NCBI GenBank assembly: GCA_021613535.1 | Contig: CP075493.1 | Span: 14,012,001-14,076,000 of the forward strand | Source: Adineta vaga | Lineage: Eukaryota; Animalia; Rotifera | DNA: 64,000 bases | Direction of reading: 5' to 3' | Part shown: positions 25,301 to 38,069 of the stretch, piece by piece | How positions within the stretch are numbered: the first letter of the stretch is position 1 | Layout: each line of letters begins with the position of its first letter | Position numbers and translations under genes: made by a program | The notes under the pieces: generated by a model | Database searches by the model: none | Told to the model about the DNA's origin: nothing | Seen by the model: only the letters and a program-made list of their open reading frames with translations

Positions 25301-26445
25301 CCGATTCATATTCAATCAATGGAAAAAATGAGTCTTTACTTCTGTTTCACCAATGTACCATAACGATAACATGAAATTAGAATAATTATTGGTATGTAAT
25401 TACTCTTCAATATATGATAAAATACCCGTCCTTTTCACATATACATATTAAACAGTTTGAAGGAAGTAGTACTTCTTCTTTTTTCATAATCGAGATAATT
25501 TATCCTATGGTGTGAATGAAAGTATAAGTAAAATTCAGTGAAACATCCATCGTTGAATATCAGAGCATCATCAATAAATGCATACGTTTAAATAGAAATA
25601 ATTGTCTCTATGCAAAATGAATCTAATTAGTATTTATACATCAACATTTCATATCGCCATACTGTGCATGAAATAAAACATTTATAATTATTAGAAAATC
25701 AGGAAACTACTTTTGTTGTTCTAACTTTAAATCGATATCGTGTATTTACTCATGAGCTTTGCTTAAGATATAGGAAAGAAATGATTGATGTTATTTGTAG
25801 AATAAAGTCTTGATGATGTCAATAATTTCTATGACTTTCACGTTTTAGGTAAACTTCTTGTAAGTCATAGTTTAGTTACGACACGAGCCATAAACAAGTG
25901 TAGAGCTTTAGTTCAGATGTAGATATAATTTTGAACAGAAGTTCTATTTGAAAAAAATAAGTGTTTTATGAAGTCATTCAACTAGTTATAACATCCATGT
26001 TTTAGTAAAGTTAGATATACAAACCAAAGTCTCTATTGTTCTTCAGGGACTTCTTTTAACAACGTTTTCTTATATATGGATTATGCTTATGTGAATATAG
26101 TTACCTTGTAATCAAATTTATGTTTTTTTCTAGATTTGAAGAATTGTCAGCCATGAATGAAAACAAACAAGAAGTTCGTAGTTTCATTCTTCAAAAAAGA
26201 ATATGACGACATATTTTATGTTTTATTTTACTGTTTCAGTTTGATTCACTTGATATGGTCAAAACTGAAATATTACATAATACAAATAGAATATCGTAAG
26301 TATATTTTCGATAGTACAACTCCTAAAAACTTCAATATCAATGATTCATTGCCTAATGAATGTCTTCTGAATAACTATATTGAAACTAAAACGTTTCTTT
26401 CCTCTCTTTTCATTACATTGTCAACACAATATTCTTACTTGATAT

Positions 26446-27739
26446 GACTACCGTTTTCTCATGTTGGATGTCAACATAGTCAACGAAGAAAATCTGTCTG
26501 GATTATTATTTCTATCATTGCTGTTCTACTGATCACAATCATTCCGGTAACTATTATTGCAATGGGAAAGAGAAACGTGTCAGAAATATCAACAACGACA
26601 ATGACAGCAATAAAAACATCTACGATAGCATCGACAGTAACAATAACATCAGAAAAAACGTCAACAACAAAGAAGATAACACGTAAATATATAGTCTTAT
26701 TGAAACAAATAGTATAGAAATGATATACTTATTGAATCATTGAAAAGAATATTATACGATTTCTCTGGATTCGAAAAATTTATATAATTAACAAATTTTG
26801 TTTTTAGCTTTCAGAAAATCAAATTAGTTTTGTTTTAGTTAATAACAAAACTAAATGGAAACAAGATGGAATAACTGTTGCTGGAGGAAATGGACAAGAG
26901 AATCAATTAAATCTAGCTGCGATGTTACAGGTTGAACATAATGGTCAAACTATGTATCTTGTTGATTCGCTAAATAACTGTATTATTAAATGGAAACAAG
27001 GTGCAAGTTATGGTGAAATTGTTGTTAGTGGAGAAGGAATCGGAAATCAAACAGAGCCATTAATGCGTATAAAATATGTGGCTTTCGATAAATGAAATAA
27101 TGATTCCTTCGTCATATATGATATTGGAAACAGACGAATTGTACGATGGTTTCGTGACCAAGATGGCAAGCCACTACTAATCATCTCCAATATCATGTGC
27201 ACTTGTTTAATCCTGAAAGAGAATGGTGATCTTTATCTGTGTGACTCAGGAATAGGTGCAGTACGACTTTGGAGAGAAGGAGGGATCGATGGAGTTATAG
27301 TAGCAGGTGGAAATGGAAGAGGTAGTGCTGCTAATCAACTACAATATGTTGCTGGTGTTTTTGTTGACGATGAACAAACGATCTATGTACTAGACATTCA
27401 CAATAATCGCGTGATGAAATGGGAAAAGATGCAAAACAAGGCATTGCTGTTGCTAATAGATATAAACATGCACAAAGTCCCTCTTTTCAACGTTTTCCTG
27501 GAGATATTTTTGTCGATTCTTTCGGTATCATATATGTATGTGAATTAAATGATCATATCGTTATGCGTTGGTTACCTAATGAAATAGAAAGTACGGTTAT
27601 TGTTGGTGGTAATGGAAAAGGTAATCGATCAAATCAATTGAGTTCTCCTTTGAACATATATTTTGATCAAAACGGTAATCTCTACGTTTTGGACCGAGAC
27701 AACAAACGTGTACAAAAATTTGAAATTGACATTGAATGA
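26446..27739 (+). pseudogene. Type II membrane NHL-repeat (beta-propeller) protein with Thr stalk, disrupted
   Basis: TM WIIISIIAVLLITIIPVTII, KWKQDGITVAGGNG, VAGGNGRGSAANQL, GNLYVLDRDNKRVQKF; TGA at ~27093 and frameshift at ~27420. Confidence 0.85.
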
Positions 27740-27876
27740 TGTTGATTTGTTTTTATTCAATAACTTTTTATTAAAAGACACTGCTTTTTACCGAATTTAA
27801 ATGAATAAAACTGAATCATCTCACAAAGGTCTAGAACTTAAGTATTGCTACATAGTGTATGAATACTAGTTTCGAA

Positions 27877-29250
27877 TTATAGTTGAAATATCTGATGTTT
27901 GAAGCATGGGGGTGATGGTTCAGTATTTCCTTGTGCAATGCCTTCAATATTAGAGCATGCATAGTAATTCTTACCCCATGGGCGTGAACCAGGATTCTTT
28001 ACAAATACATTATCAAATAATATATTCTTCATAGGATTCGAAGAGTTGCCAATGATTACTCCGGGACTTATTTGTGGATCATTCAGAGTGATATTTCGTA
28101 AAGTAATATTATTCCAAGTAATACCAGATGGAATAGGACAAGCCATTCCTGGTATAAATGGCCAAAGAAGTGAACAAGCTCCTTTGAAAGCTGCTTGCTG
28201 AGGCCCTAACCATATTGCCCATTGAGAAGCATTGTATATTTGAATATTTTCATAGAGAATATTACTTATTTCACCGGTGTGTCCTTCTTCTCCTGGACGT
28301 GATTTCAAATAGATTCCTTTGAAAGTATTATACATAGTACAATTTCGAAATGTAATATTATGAACACATGAATGAGCTGTAGAAGGTCCAATAGAACCAA
28401 TTGTTAAACCTACACCTGAAGCATTGATCCGTTCAAATAACATATTTTCACTACATGATGAATGAAAGCTATTTGAATCTTGTTGTTTAACTGCAATACA
28501 ATCATCATCATTCCAAATGTTACAATCATGAATCCAAATATTGATTCCAGATACATCAAATCCATCGGTATTGAAAGCAGTTAATTCATCAAGATCATGC
28601 CATTGAACATTGGGATGTCTACGCGCATCGACATCTGTATGACGAATTTCTAAATTAGCAATATCTTTTCCATAGAATGTCCATTTTGGTGAATTTTTCA
28701 ATAAAATATTTTCTATAAGAAGATTTGTAGAATTGTAGATTACTAATAAACGTGGTCGATCTCCACGAATAACTAAATATTCTACTAAACCCCACCAACG
28801 ATTACCTGAACCATCGATAATTCCTTTTTGATTTCCAGAATTTGAGCTAGTAAATGTAACATGATTTAATTGCTCGAAATAAAAACAATCGAGTACAAGA
28901 TGAGTATGAGAATCACGAGGCCATTCGAAATAATTGTCAGAAAATTTGAGAATACCATCAATTTGAATAGTTACATGAACAAGATGACGAGCGTAGATCC
29001 CACCCATCAACCAAAATGTTCGATTGAATGGTATCAGAAGAGTGTCATTTGGTTGTAAAGAATTCACTGTTTGATTGAGAAGAAGTGTATTTTTCCAACA
29101 CGTTGTTAGTCTCTCATCACCGGCAATACCTCCAATCGTCTCAAAATTTACTATTCGTCCATTTGAATGTATCAAATGCGCATTTTTACCGGAAATATGA
29201 ATAAAAATAATGAAAGTACTGAAAATTAATCCACATAAATATGAAAACAT
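27877..29250 (-). CDS. Glycoside hydrolase family 28 (polygalacturonase-like), secreted, intronless
   Basis: Signal peptide; GIIDGSGNRWW, RPRL, FNTDGFD, DDDCIAVK, GLTIGS, NITFRN. Confidence 0.92.
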   Translation of the reverse strand: MFSYLCGLIFSTFIIFIHISGKNAHLIHSNGRIVNFETIGGIAGDERLTTCWKNTLLLNQTVNSLQPNDTLLIPFNRTFWLMGGIYARHLVHVTIQIDGILKFSDNYFEWPRDSHTHLVLDCFYFEQLNHVTFTSSNSGNQKGIIDGSGNRWWGLVEYLVIRGDRPRLLVIYNSTNLLIENILLKNSPKWTFYGKDIANLEIRHTDVDARRHPNVQWHDLDELTAFNTDGFDVSGINIWIHDCNIWNDDDCIAVKQQDSNSFHSSCSENMLFERINASGVGLTIGSIGPSTAHSCVHNITFRNCTMYNTFKGIYLKSRPGEEGHTGEISNILYENIQIYNASQWAIWLGPQQAAFKGACSLLWPFIPGMACPIPSGITWNNITLRNITLNDPQISPGVIIGNSSNPMKNILFDNVFVKNPGSRPWGKNYYACSNIEGIAQGNTEPSPPCFKHQIFQL

Positions 29251-29399
29251 AGTTCGTCGTTGTTTGATAATAAAATATTCAACATTTTACATACATTTAT
29301 AGGCTTTAAGAGAAAAAAAGATAAGAACACATGCATGCTCTACTTTTTTTCATGATGATGATTGTTCTCTTTATCAACATGAAACTAACAAAAAACAAC

Positions 29400-32090
29400 C
29401 ACCACACAGAACATTTATTAACTGGACTATTTCCTTGATTTGGTTTACAAGAAAATACTCGATCAAATTCAATGAAATTCGATGTTGGACCATTTACTCT
29501 AAAAATAAGAATTTTATTTCGTATAACATTTTATATGAAAGATATAACCTACATTGGGAAGGTGAATGAACACCTTGTTTCATTTGATTTGTAAAATATT
29601 GATTAGTCCCTTTCATACACCATTATTGTTGAGCGAAATTAAGAAAAAACATCTGTTCTATTGAATATTTGTTAAGACTTGCTAATTTTCTATCAACATT
29701 TCTATGAGTCTGTGCCCATGTTTGATAAGCCTACAAAAATCGAATCGATTTAGACACGGATCAATCAATTGATAGACATACAAAGAATGCTTCTTTCAAT
29801 CCACCATTATCAGCAATATTCTCCCTTGTGTTCTAAAAAATATATAAAACAAGACAAGTTTATCGGAATAAATTCGAAAAGAATAAAGAAAACCAGAAGA
29901 TTCACTTGAATTACTGTATAATTATTGTACTGTCTAATTATGCATTCCTTGCGTTGATTGAATGGATTAGTTGTTTCATTACTCCACCATGAAACTTTAT
30001 TTCCATTCTTATCAAATAGTCTACCTGTATCATCAAATCCATGAGTAATTCCATGGACCATAACCGTTCCAATACCTATTTATCGCGTGAAGAACTTCTT
30101 CTTTACCTTAAATCTCTACTTACCACCATAACTAAGATATCTACAAGGAAAATATTCTTTTGAATAAGAGACACATGAAGAAATCTTACTTCGGTGCATC
30201 TTTATGGAAGAAAGGTGGTTGAAGAATACCAGCCGGAAAACTTATAGAGAAATGAAGATATTGCACTGAGAGAAATCTTTATTATATATTACAAATATCA
30301 TTCAATGATGGATTATATTCTGTACAATCAACAGACTGCCGAAGTGATTGAAGACGACGTTTAAGATTTACTTTAAGTACAATCAAAAGATTTTGCATTA
30401 AAGATGAATTGAAATTCTGCTAAATTCAAAAAAGAAAATCCTCTTTCACATACTTCGGCGTATAGTTGTTCCAGTTTTGTCATATTATCACCATCTAAAT
30501 AGTTAGGATAACCTATTTTTTCATTGATCGCTTTCGCCTATTAACATATAACATATCTTTCTTTATTTCGAAAAATTGAATCGTTTATCGTACTTTTTCA
30601 ATTGCTCTATTTTTTGAATCTGAATCCATCCATGTTGATTGACTGACAATATCTATGAGTGTATTTCGAATATTGCTGATCATTTCACGAGACTAGAATA
30701 GAGTAGACAAAAAAAATTACCGAAGTAATCACAAGATTAAATATACTTAATTGTATGAATTTCTATCAAAATATTTATTTATGTAAAGTTATCAATGAAA
30801 TATTACGTAAATAGTCAAGTTCACTGATAGTAACAGTATCTGTTTCGATAAGAGGGATGTTTGCCGAAAGATAGAGACGACGAAGATGATAAATTGTTCG
30901 ATGTTGTTCGAATCGTTTCTTTATCGCAAGCGCTTTGTTCTGCTGATGTCCAAACATACTGAATAGTGAAAAGAAATCAGACACTTGTACATCGAGAGAA
31001 AATAATTATACTTTAGAAATGAATTGCTCTAATTGATATATAGCATTAACATCATTATCCACCATGATGTATCATTAGTTAAAGCTGATGCGAAATCTTT
31101 GATAAATTTTCGATAAGCTCGCGTAATATCAGTTTCATTCAGATAAGAATTACGATCTCCTAACACAAGATACTCTTGACTAATCTTAAAGAAAAAACAA
31201 TATTAATTCTTTATCGAAATTTGATAATTCATCATTTTACTCGAATATTTTGAGCTGATGAATTTTTCATATCAATTTCTGTGCCTGCTTTAAACATTAC
31301 ACTGCTACTGTAATCACTATATATTGGCATAATGTGAGTAATAGATGAGAAAGATTAAATTTTGATTCGTTCTATGTTGAACCTTGTAAAATAGGCCAAC
31401 CACCAAGTTCTCGATTGATAAACGTGAGAATTACATCGACATCTTCTACTTCGATTACATCTTCATTCACACAAGATGTATACATGCGACGTGCATTGAT
31501 AGTTGCTTTGAGTTCAACCATTTCATTCAGAGGTTTGGATGAAAGAAGATCTGAAAAAGAAAACAAGTGAATGGAATATCAAAATAATTTGTTTCTTACC
31601 ACCGATAATGTTGTTCAATTTCGTTCCTATTTCTCTTCCTGTACTTTGTGAATTAGCTAAAAATTGAATTGTAAACATAAATAACGAGAGAGAGAGACGG
31701 AGAGTACCATCATCTGGTATTCTTGCATTTTTTATCCATTTCCTACAAGCGAATTCATAAAAATTCTCGCATGAATCCATCGTTTCATCAATATTTTCTA
31801 GTAAAACATTTGTTGGAAAGACAGAATACAATATGAGTACATTACTCAATATTCTAACCTGCTTTTATACAATAAGGAGTTAGACATAATTCATCATTTT
31901 TCGCTAAGATTATTTTCAAGATTTCTTTTTGAATGTTCAGGTATATATTGAATGATTACCCATTGTTGTTGTTGTTGTTTCCTTTCGTTCATTTCCATAT
32001 AAAACACCTAGAACAATTATAGTTGCGAGAAGAAGACCAGCAAGAATATCAAATAATATTAATATCCATATTTTGCTATGTTTTCGTGAA
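29400..32090 (-). pseudogene. Neprilysin/ECE (peptidase M13) pseudogene, multi-exon
   Basis: N-terminal TM, DSCENFYEFAC, ELGGWPIL, FPAGILQPPF, HGITHGFDD (HExxH Glu lost), ENIADNGG, HSPS, KCSVW; several stops. Confidence 0.88.
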
Positions 32091-32516
32091 AATGATAAAC
32101 TAAATCAAATACATTCGATTCTCTATACATATTGGTTCAGTAGATTCTTCGATTTACATGTTAGTATGAAGCATATCTTTTGAGATGAAGATAAAAAAGT
32201 TATAAATACAATTTAATAGCTCTATTAGTCTTATTTTATGATCGTTCTTTTATAAAATAAAATTGATTACTCTGAAATCTTTGAGAGGATCATTAAATTG
32301 AAAATAATTTTATGTGTCCTTTTTTGTCCTTGAAATATAATTGACATTGCTCGAGATATACTTTTCATACCGCGATCACATGTGAGGACTTCTATAAAGC
32401 GTGATAGATAAGTGAAGAAGTTTTTTTTTCTCTGTATAAAGAAAGTCTTATACAATCAGTCATTTCTTTCGAAGGATACATTAACATTCGTCGATTCAAG
32501 TTTCATACAAAATCCT

Positions 32517-34633
32517 ATGTGGAATTCTTTGATAACATTGATATTTGTTGTTTGTTCACTATTATTACCAAGTGAACAACAATATACATCTGATTGGACA
32601 TCTCTAGATGCACGTCCCCTACCGAAATGGTATGATGAAAGTAAAATCGGTATTTTCATTCACTGGGGATTGTATAGTGTTCCAGCTATTTCTTCCGAAT
32701 GGTTAGTTTATATTATTAGTGTTTGAAATAGATGTTTATCATCTATTCGTATTGTTTGTAGGATGTGGTGGAATTGGCAAGGTGATAACCCAAGTGAAAT
32801 TGTTGTAGATTATATGAAGGCAAACTATCCGCCCGATTGGACTTATGCAAATTTTGGTCCACAGTTTCGTGCAGATCTCTTGGTAAATTATACAAGACGA
32901 CATTTAGCTTTTGACGAAACATGAATAATTTCTTGATATTTCAGATCCAAATGAATGGGCTGATCTATTCGCTGTTTCTGGTGCAAAGTTAGTTGATACT
33001 TTTCGTTGTTCATGGTTATATCAGATATTCTTTTTCATTTAGATATGTTGTGCTTACAAGCAAGGTTAGTTTGAATTGTAAACGATATAGTTTTTGTTAA
33101 ATTTTCAAAAATAGCATCACGAAGGTTATGCGATGTGGCCATCAAAATATTCTTTCAATTGGAATGCAATGCATGTTGGTCCAAAACGAGATTTACTTGG
33201 TTAGAAAGATTTTTACTCAATTTCATTTTCTTATTTCTTTGAATGCATTACTTTTAGGAGATTTAGCTTCAGCCATTCGTAATCGAACAAATCTTGCCTT
33301 TGGTTTATATTATTCCTTATTTGAATGGTTTAATCCATTGTATCTACGAGATAAATCCAATAATTTTACAACTCAAGTTTATGCTGAAGTAAATATTCAT
33401 TCTAAAGGAAAGAGAATTAGATGAAAAATATAATTTTTTATAGACAAAAGCATTACCAGAGCTAAAAGAAATCGTCGAAACATACAAACCTGATATTGTT
33501 TGGTCTGATGGTGAATGGGGTTAGTTGATCATTCTTTATTCTTCATATGAATACGAATATTCTCATAGAGCCTCTTGATACTTATTGGAACGCTACTCAG
33601 TTTTTAGCTTGGCTCTATAATAATAGTCCTGTGAAAGATACTGTCGTGAGTATATGTTTGGGAAAAGATGATTAATATACTTCGAGTTCATTTTTATCAA
33701 TAGGTTGTCAATGATCGATGGGGTAGTGGAACATTATGTAAACATGGTGGTTTCTATACGTGTTTGGATCGTTATAATCCAGGACATCTAATCGAGCACA
33801 AATGGGAAAATTGCTTCACGGTATGAACGAAATTTTTTGTATAATAATTGAACTGACTTAACTCATTTGACTAGATCGATAAACGTTCATGGGCATATCG
33901 TCCTATTGCGAACATTGGTGATTATATGACAATTGAAGAAGTAGTTAAAGAAATAGTTACTACAATTAGGTGAATCGTTTCATTTTTTATTTTCTGAAAT
34001 AATAATAAGTATTATTTATTTGTTCAGTACTGGAGGAAATGCATTAGTCAATGTAGGTCCAAATATGCATGGAAAAATACCACCGATATATCAAGAACGT
34101 CTTCAACAAATGGGTTCATGGTTGAAAGTGAATGGTGAAGGACTTTACGGTTCTATGCCATGGCTATATCAAAATGATACAATCAATTCTGACGTATGGT
34201 AAGTTTGATACACTATACATAGAAGTAAAAAGATCGTAGAAGATTCAATGATAGGTATACTTCATCAAAAGATAGTAGATATGTGTATGCATTTCTTCTC
34301 GTGTGGCCAAAAAATACTACCGATATTACACTTGGTGCACCGCTAACTTCATCAAATACAGTTGTAACAATCTTGGGTTCAAATGGTGATTTACTTCAAT
34401 GGAGAGTAGCTGATGGAAATCGTGGTATTGTGATAGATGTATCAAATGTCAAACTTCATTTACTCGAAAGTCAGTGGGTATGGACATTCAAACTGACGAA
34501 TTTGGTAACTGACAATATTACTTCTACTACTATCGACCATACAACTTCCGAACATATCACTACTCGAAGCAGTGCAGCTGTTTCTTCTATTCTAATTTGC
34601 TATTCTTCATGTTTCTTTGTCAACTGTGCGTAA
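32517..34633 (+). CDS. FUCA: Alpha-L-fucosidase (GH29), multi-exon, Ser/Thr tail with hydrophobic end; apparent 1-nt frameshift at ~32881
   Basis: [73 protein letters not shown]. Confidence 0.9.
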
Positions 34634-34854
34634 CAGTATTCTCGTCATCTGATTTACTTTGATAGTAAATATAGCTTGAAAGATTACGACTGTGTATTCT
34701 ATGCAGAAATAGAGTGTATAGTAACATATGTTAACTAACAAGTATCTTCTTTTTTTAAATTTTAGTGGACTATACACTATGACAGACGAATAACAATAAA
34801 TGAAAAAAGAATTTGTCCACAGTCACTATAGTAAGTCAGTAAATTATGAATGAA

Positions 34855-36629
34855 TCAAGAGAGGGTTACAGAAATTGATACCCCCGAACCACTATTTCCC
34901 GACTTAAGCCAAAAACTGACTATATATGATTGGCCTGCCGTAGCTGCAAACGATTGACTAAGTCGATCAGTACGTCCATTACATCCATCGGCATAACCAT
35001 AGCTACCTGATCGACGATACGACGAACTAACGTACCCTGTCGTGCCTGATCCACAGCCAGTCGGAGCAGTTTGAGACCAGCCGGGTGAAAACGAACCTGA
35101 TTCAAAGCCTCCGTTGGTTAGCATTTGAACAGCTCCATTATACACTGATACATCATCTAAGAACCAGTAATCAGGATTATGTTGAAGTACAAAGGTAAGA
35201 GTGACAGTGCCACTCGTAACCGGTGTCCATTCATAGGCATAACATGCATATGATGACGTGCTACCAGACGATGCAGTTAAGAGATTACTGGAGGAACCGA
35301 TAGACGATGGTGTACATGGTGGTGTTGGTGTGGTCGCTGTTTGACATATATACATAGAAATCAAAGGTATTCAATAAATAACAGAAATAGCTTACTTGTC
35401 GTAGTCGTCACTGAAGTTGCTGCAAAAAAAACAGAAAGCTTTCAGTGTTGATTCTAAATTATACTTACTTGTCGTTGTCACACTTGTTGTGGCTTAAAAA
35501 GAAGATATTCAGATACTTAGATAATACGTAGAAAGAAGTGCAAAAAACTCACATGTTGTTGAAGTACTAGTACTAGATGTTGAAGCTATCAATCAAAAAT
35601 ACAAAATAAGAAACAATTATAGAGATAGAGAATATGTAACTTGCTTGTACTAGTACTTGTGGCTAAAAAGGAACAAAATAAAAAAAAAGAGTTATTATCA
35701 ATGTAAGCGGAATAGTCGACTGTACTGTACTTGAGGTTGTACCTGAAAAAAAAGAACGGAAGAAAATACATTATTAGAAATGTAAAAGGATAACTTGCTG
35801 GTTGTAGTAGTTGTTGCTGTGGTAGTTGTGCTGGTGGAAGTAGTAGTAGTTGTACTGGTGGTGGAAGTAGTACTAGTGCTGGTGGTTGAAGTAGTAGTTG
35901 TCGTAGTCGTTGTAGTTCCTCTGTTGGTAAGAAGTGCGATCAACAAAGCAGCAAGACCGGCTAGGAGCAAGATTAGCGCAAGAATTGAAGCGATACAACA
36001 ACAGCAGCATTTAGAATAAGCTAGACCACAACGGCGGCGGCGACGACGACGATGACGATCATGTTTTTCCATATCTGTCTTCTTAATTACACTAATTGAA
36101 TCGAAGGCGGATTTATCTGCCGAGAATGTCTATATATACAAAAGGATGGAAATTGTGCCGTATAACGAATTATCAGTAATGAATGTAGACTCACTTTCAA
36201 CCTATCGTTATGTGATGCCGCCTTCTCTTCATTGTGTACCAACGATAAACTTTGTATGGTGGATGCATTGGCCGATGGAATAGTAACAGATGGAAGTGTC
36301 GAAACAGCCACTTCATCAATAGACTGACTGTCTGTTGGTTCCTAGATATATATATATAGTGCAAAAAAGAGATATTCATCCAGCTATATTTTCTAAAATC
36401 GGTAGGCAAATGAAACATTATTACCAACTAACCTGTCCTGTAACATTAGTAGATGTAGAATGTGCCACATAAAATCCATTACGGCTAACGCGCATTACAT
36501 TGACAGATGCCTAAGAGAACGATGCACATTTTGAAAATATTTCCTTTTGTTTACCGTTTTACGAAAATTCCTTCGACGATGAGATAACCTATCATGATAA
36601 CTAACTGATTGCACTCTCACTATTGTCAT
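34855..36629 (-). CDS. Type II membrane protein: Arg/Cys-rich juxtamembrane region, TM, micro-exon Thr stalk, C-terminal CBM4/9-like beta-sandwich
   Basis: Spliced from ATG 36629; RRRRRRR..CCCCC, TM IASILALILLLAGLAALLIALL, poly-Thr, YWFLDDVSV..MLTNGGFESGSFSPGW..LSQSF..SYIVSFWL. Confidence 0.75.
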
Positions 36630-38069
36630 AATTCTATTATGTCGTTGTTTTTCCGATGTTACAAAGAAAATAATAAACCCTATACAGTAATTCTCATTAT
36701 TATACGTCTTTTAATGTAAATACAATTGTATCGTATTCAAGTCATTGTGCATCATGAAGCCATTGTGAATCCCAATGCATTTCAATGCCTTTTTCTTTTC
36801 TTATTTATTCGATTCAATTTCTTTGTATACTTGAATGCAAAAAAAGCAATCAAAATGCTATGCAGAATAAACAACAAGCACATGACGTAAATTATGAAAA
36901 AAAAACTGAGAGTGAAGATGGTTTAATGTTACATAACCTTCGGTGTTCTTTCACTCTCAAGATGATCGACACAATCCGATGTTTTTTCTGATTAAATTCT
37001 GACGGTAAAACAAAGATAAGAAAATTAATCATCTAGACCCTACATTTGAATAAATACGAAAAGATGTCCCTGTTTATTGATTGTACTTATAATTCAATGC
37101 TACTGAGAATAGTACCATCGTTAATTCCATCAATCATTAAAAAACCTTCAGTCTTTTAACTGCATGAAAATCTCTTGTATGATTCATTTTACTGATAGTA
37201 TTCCATTCATAGTTCTTCAGAATAGTTTGATTTTTTCAAATGTTGGCCCTTGTCGTTTTCGTACATCTATCCGAAAGATTGATTTCTGAGCAGCGCGCTA
37301 GGAAAAGTCAAAGGATATTCTACTCGGATAGTGTATATTTTGAAAAATTATTTATATTCAGAATCATGGCATAATTCTGTCACTGAGAAATAGTTTAGAA
37401 AAAAAATAGGTCAAAAATTTGGTTGAAAGGTTACTTTGCCTTGAATTATATTGTATTTCAGCTTTTTGTTTGTTTACATGCTTCATTTTAATTGTGTATT
37501 AATTAAAATGAAAAATATCGAATATTCGTGTTTTGCACACGTATAGGTGAACAGAGATGACATTGATTGTGAAAGTTAGTTATCTTTTTGAACTTTTGCA
37601 TACGCATTTGGATTAGTAGAAGCAATAAAAATATATTTATTGATCTTTGAATATGAAATTTTAATTAACTTTACTCTTCACCAATGACAAAACAGAGAAA
37701 CAAACAAGAATCTTGACGAAGCATCATGGATGGGCAAAGAGTATGAGGAAAAAAGAATATATAATATCTACGTATAACCTCTCTATCGACTTTAACCGTA
37801 TATATAATCGACCATATTCACATACAATTTAACATCAGTTCTATTTCTATTATACTTGATCAGTATTGAAAAGAACAAAAATGGTCAACAAAATAACCAA
37901 ACTTTGCTTCATTTTAAATATTATGATGTTGGCAAAAACATGCAAAGATCTATATATGAATGAGAGTATATGCCCGTATTATAAAACAGAAGAATAAATA
38001 CTAGATATGAATGATTACGAACTTTAGAAAAATAATCGAATTGATTCCAACGACAACAAAAATAATTAA

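Noticed and set aside
35795-36019. Poly-Val ORF on the plus strand (also 47570-47791 on minus)
   Set aside because: Antisense shadow of Thr-rich coding sequence.
37280-37445. Possible MITE remnant ending GGTTACTTTGCCTTGAA
   Set aside because: No partner TIR or TSD visible in the window.
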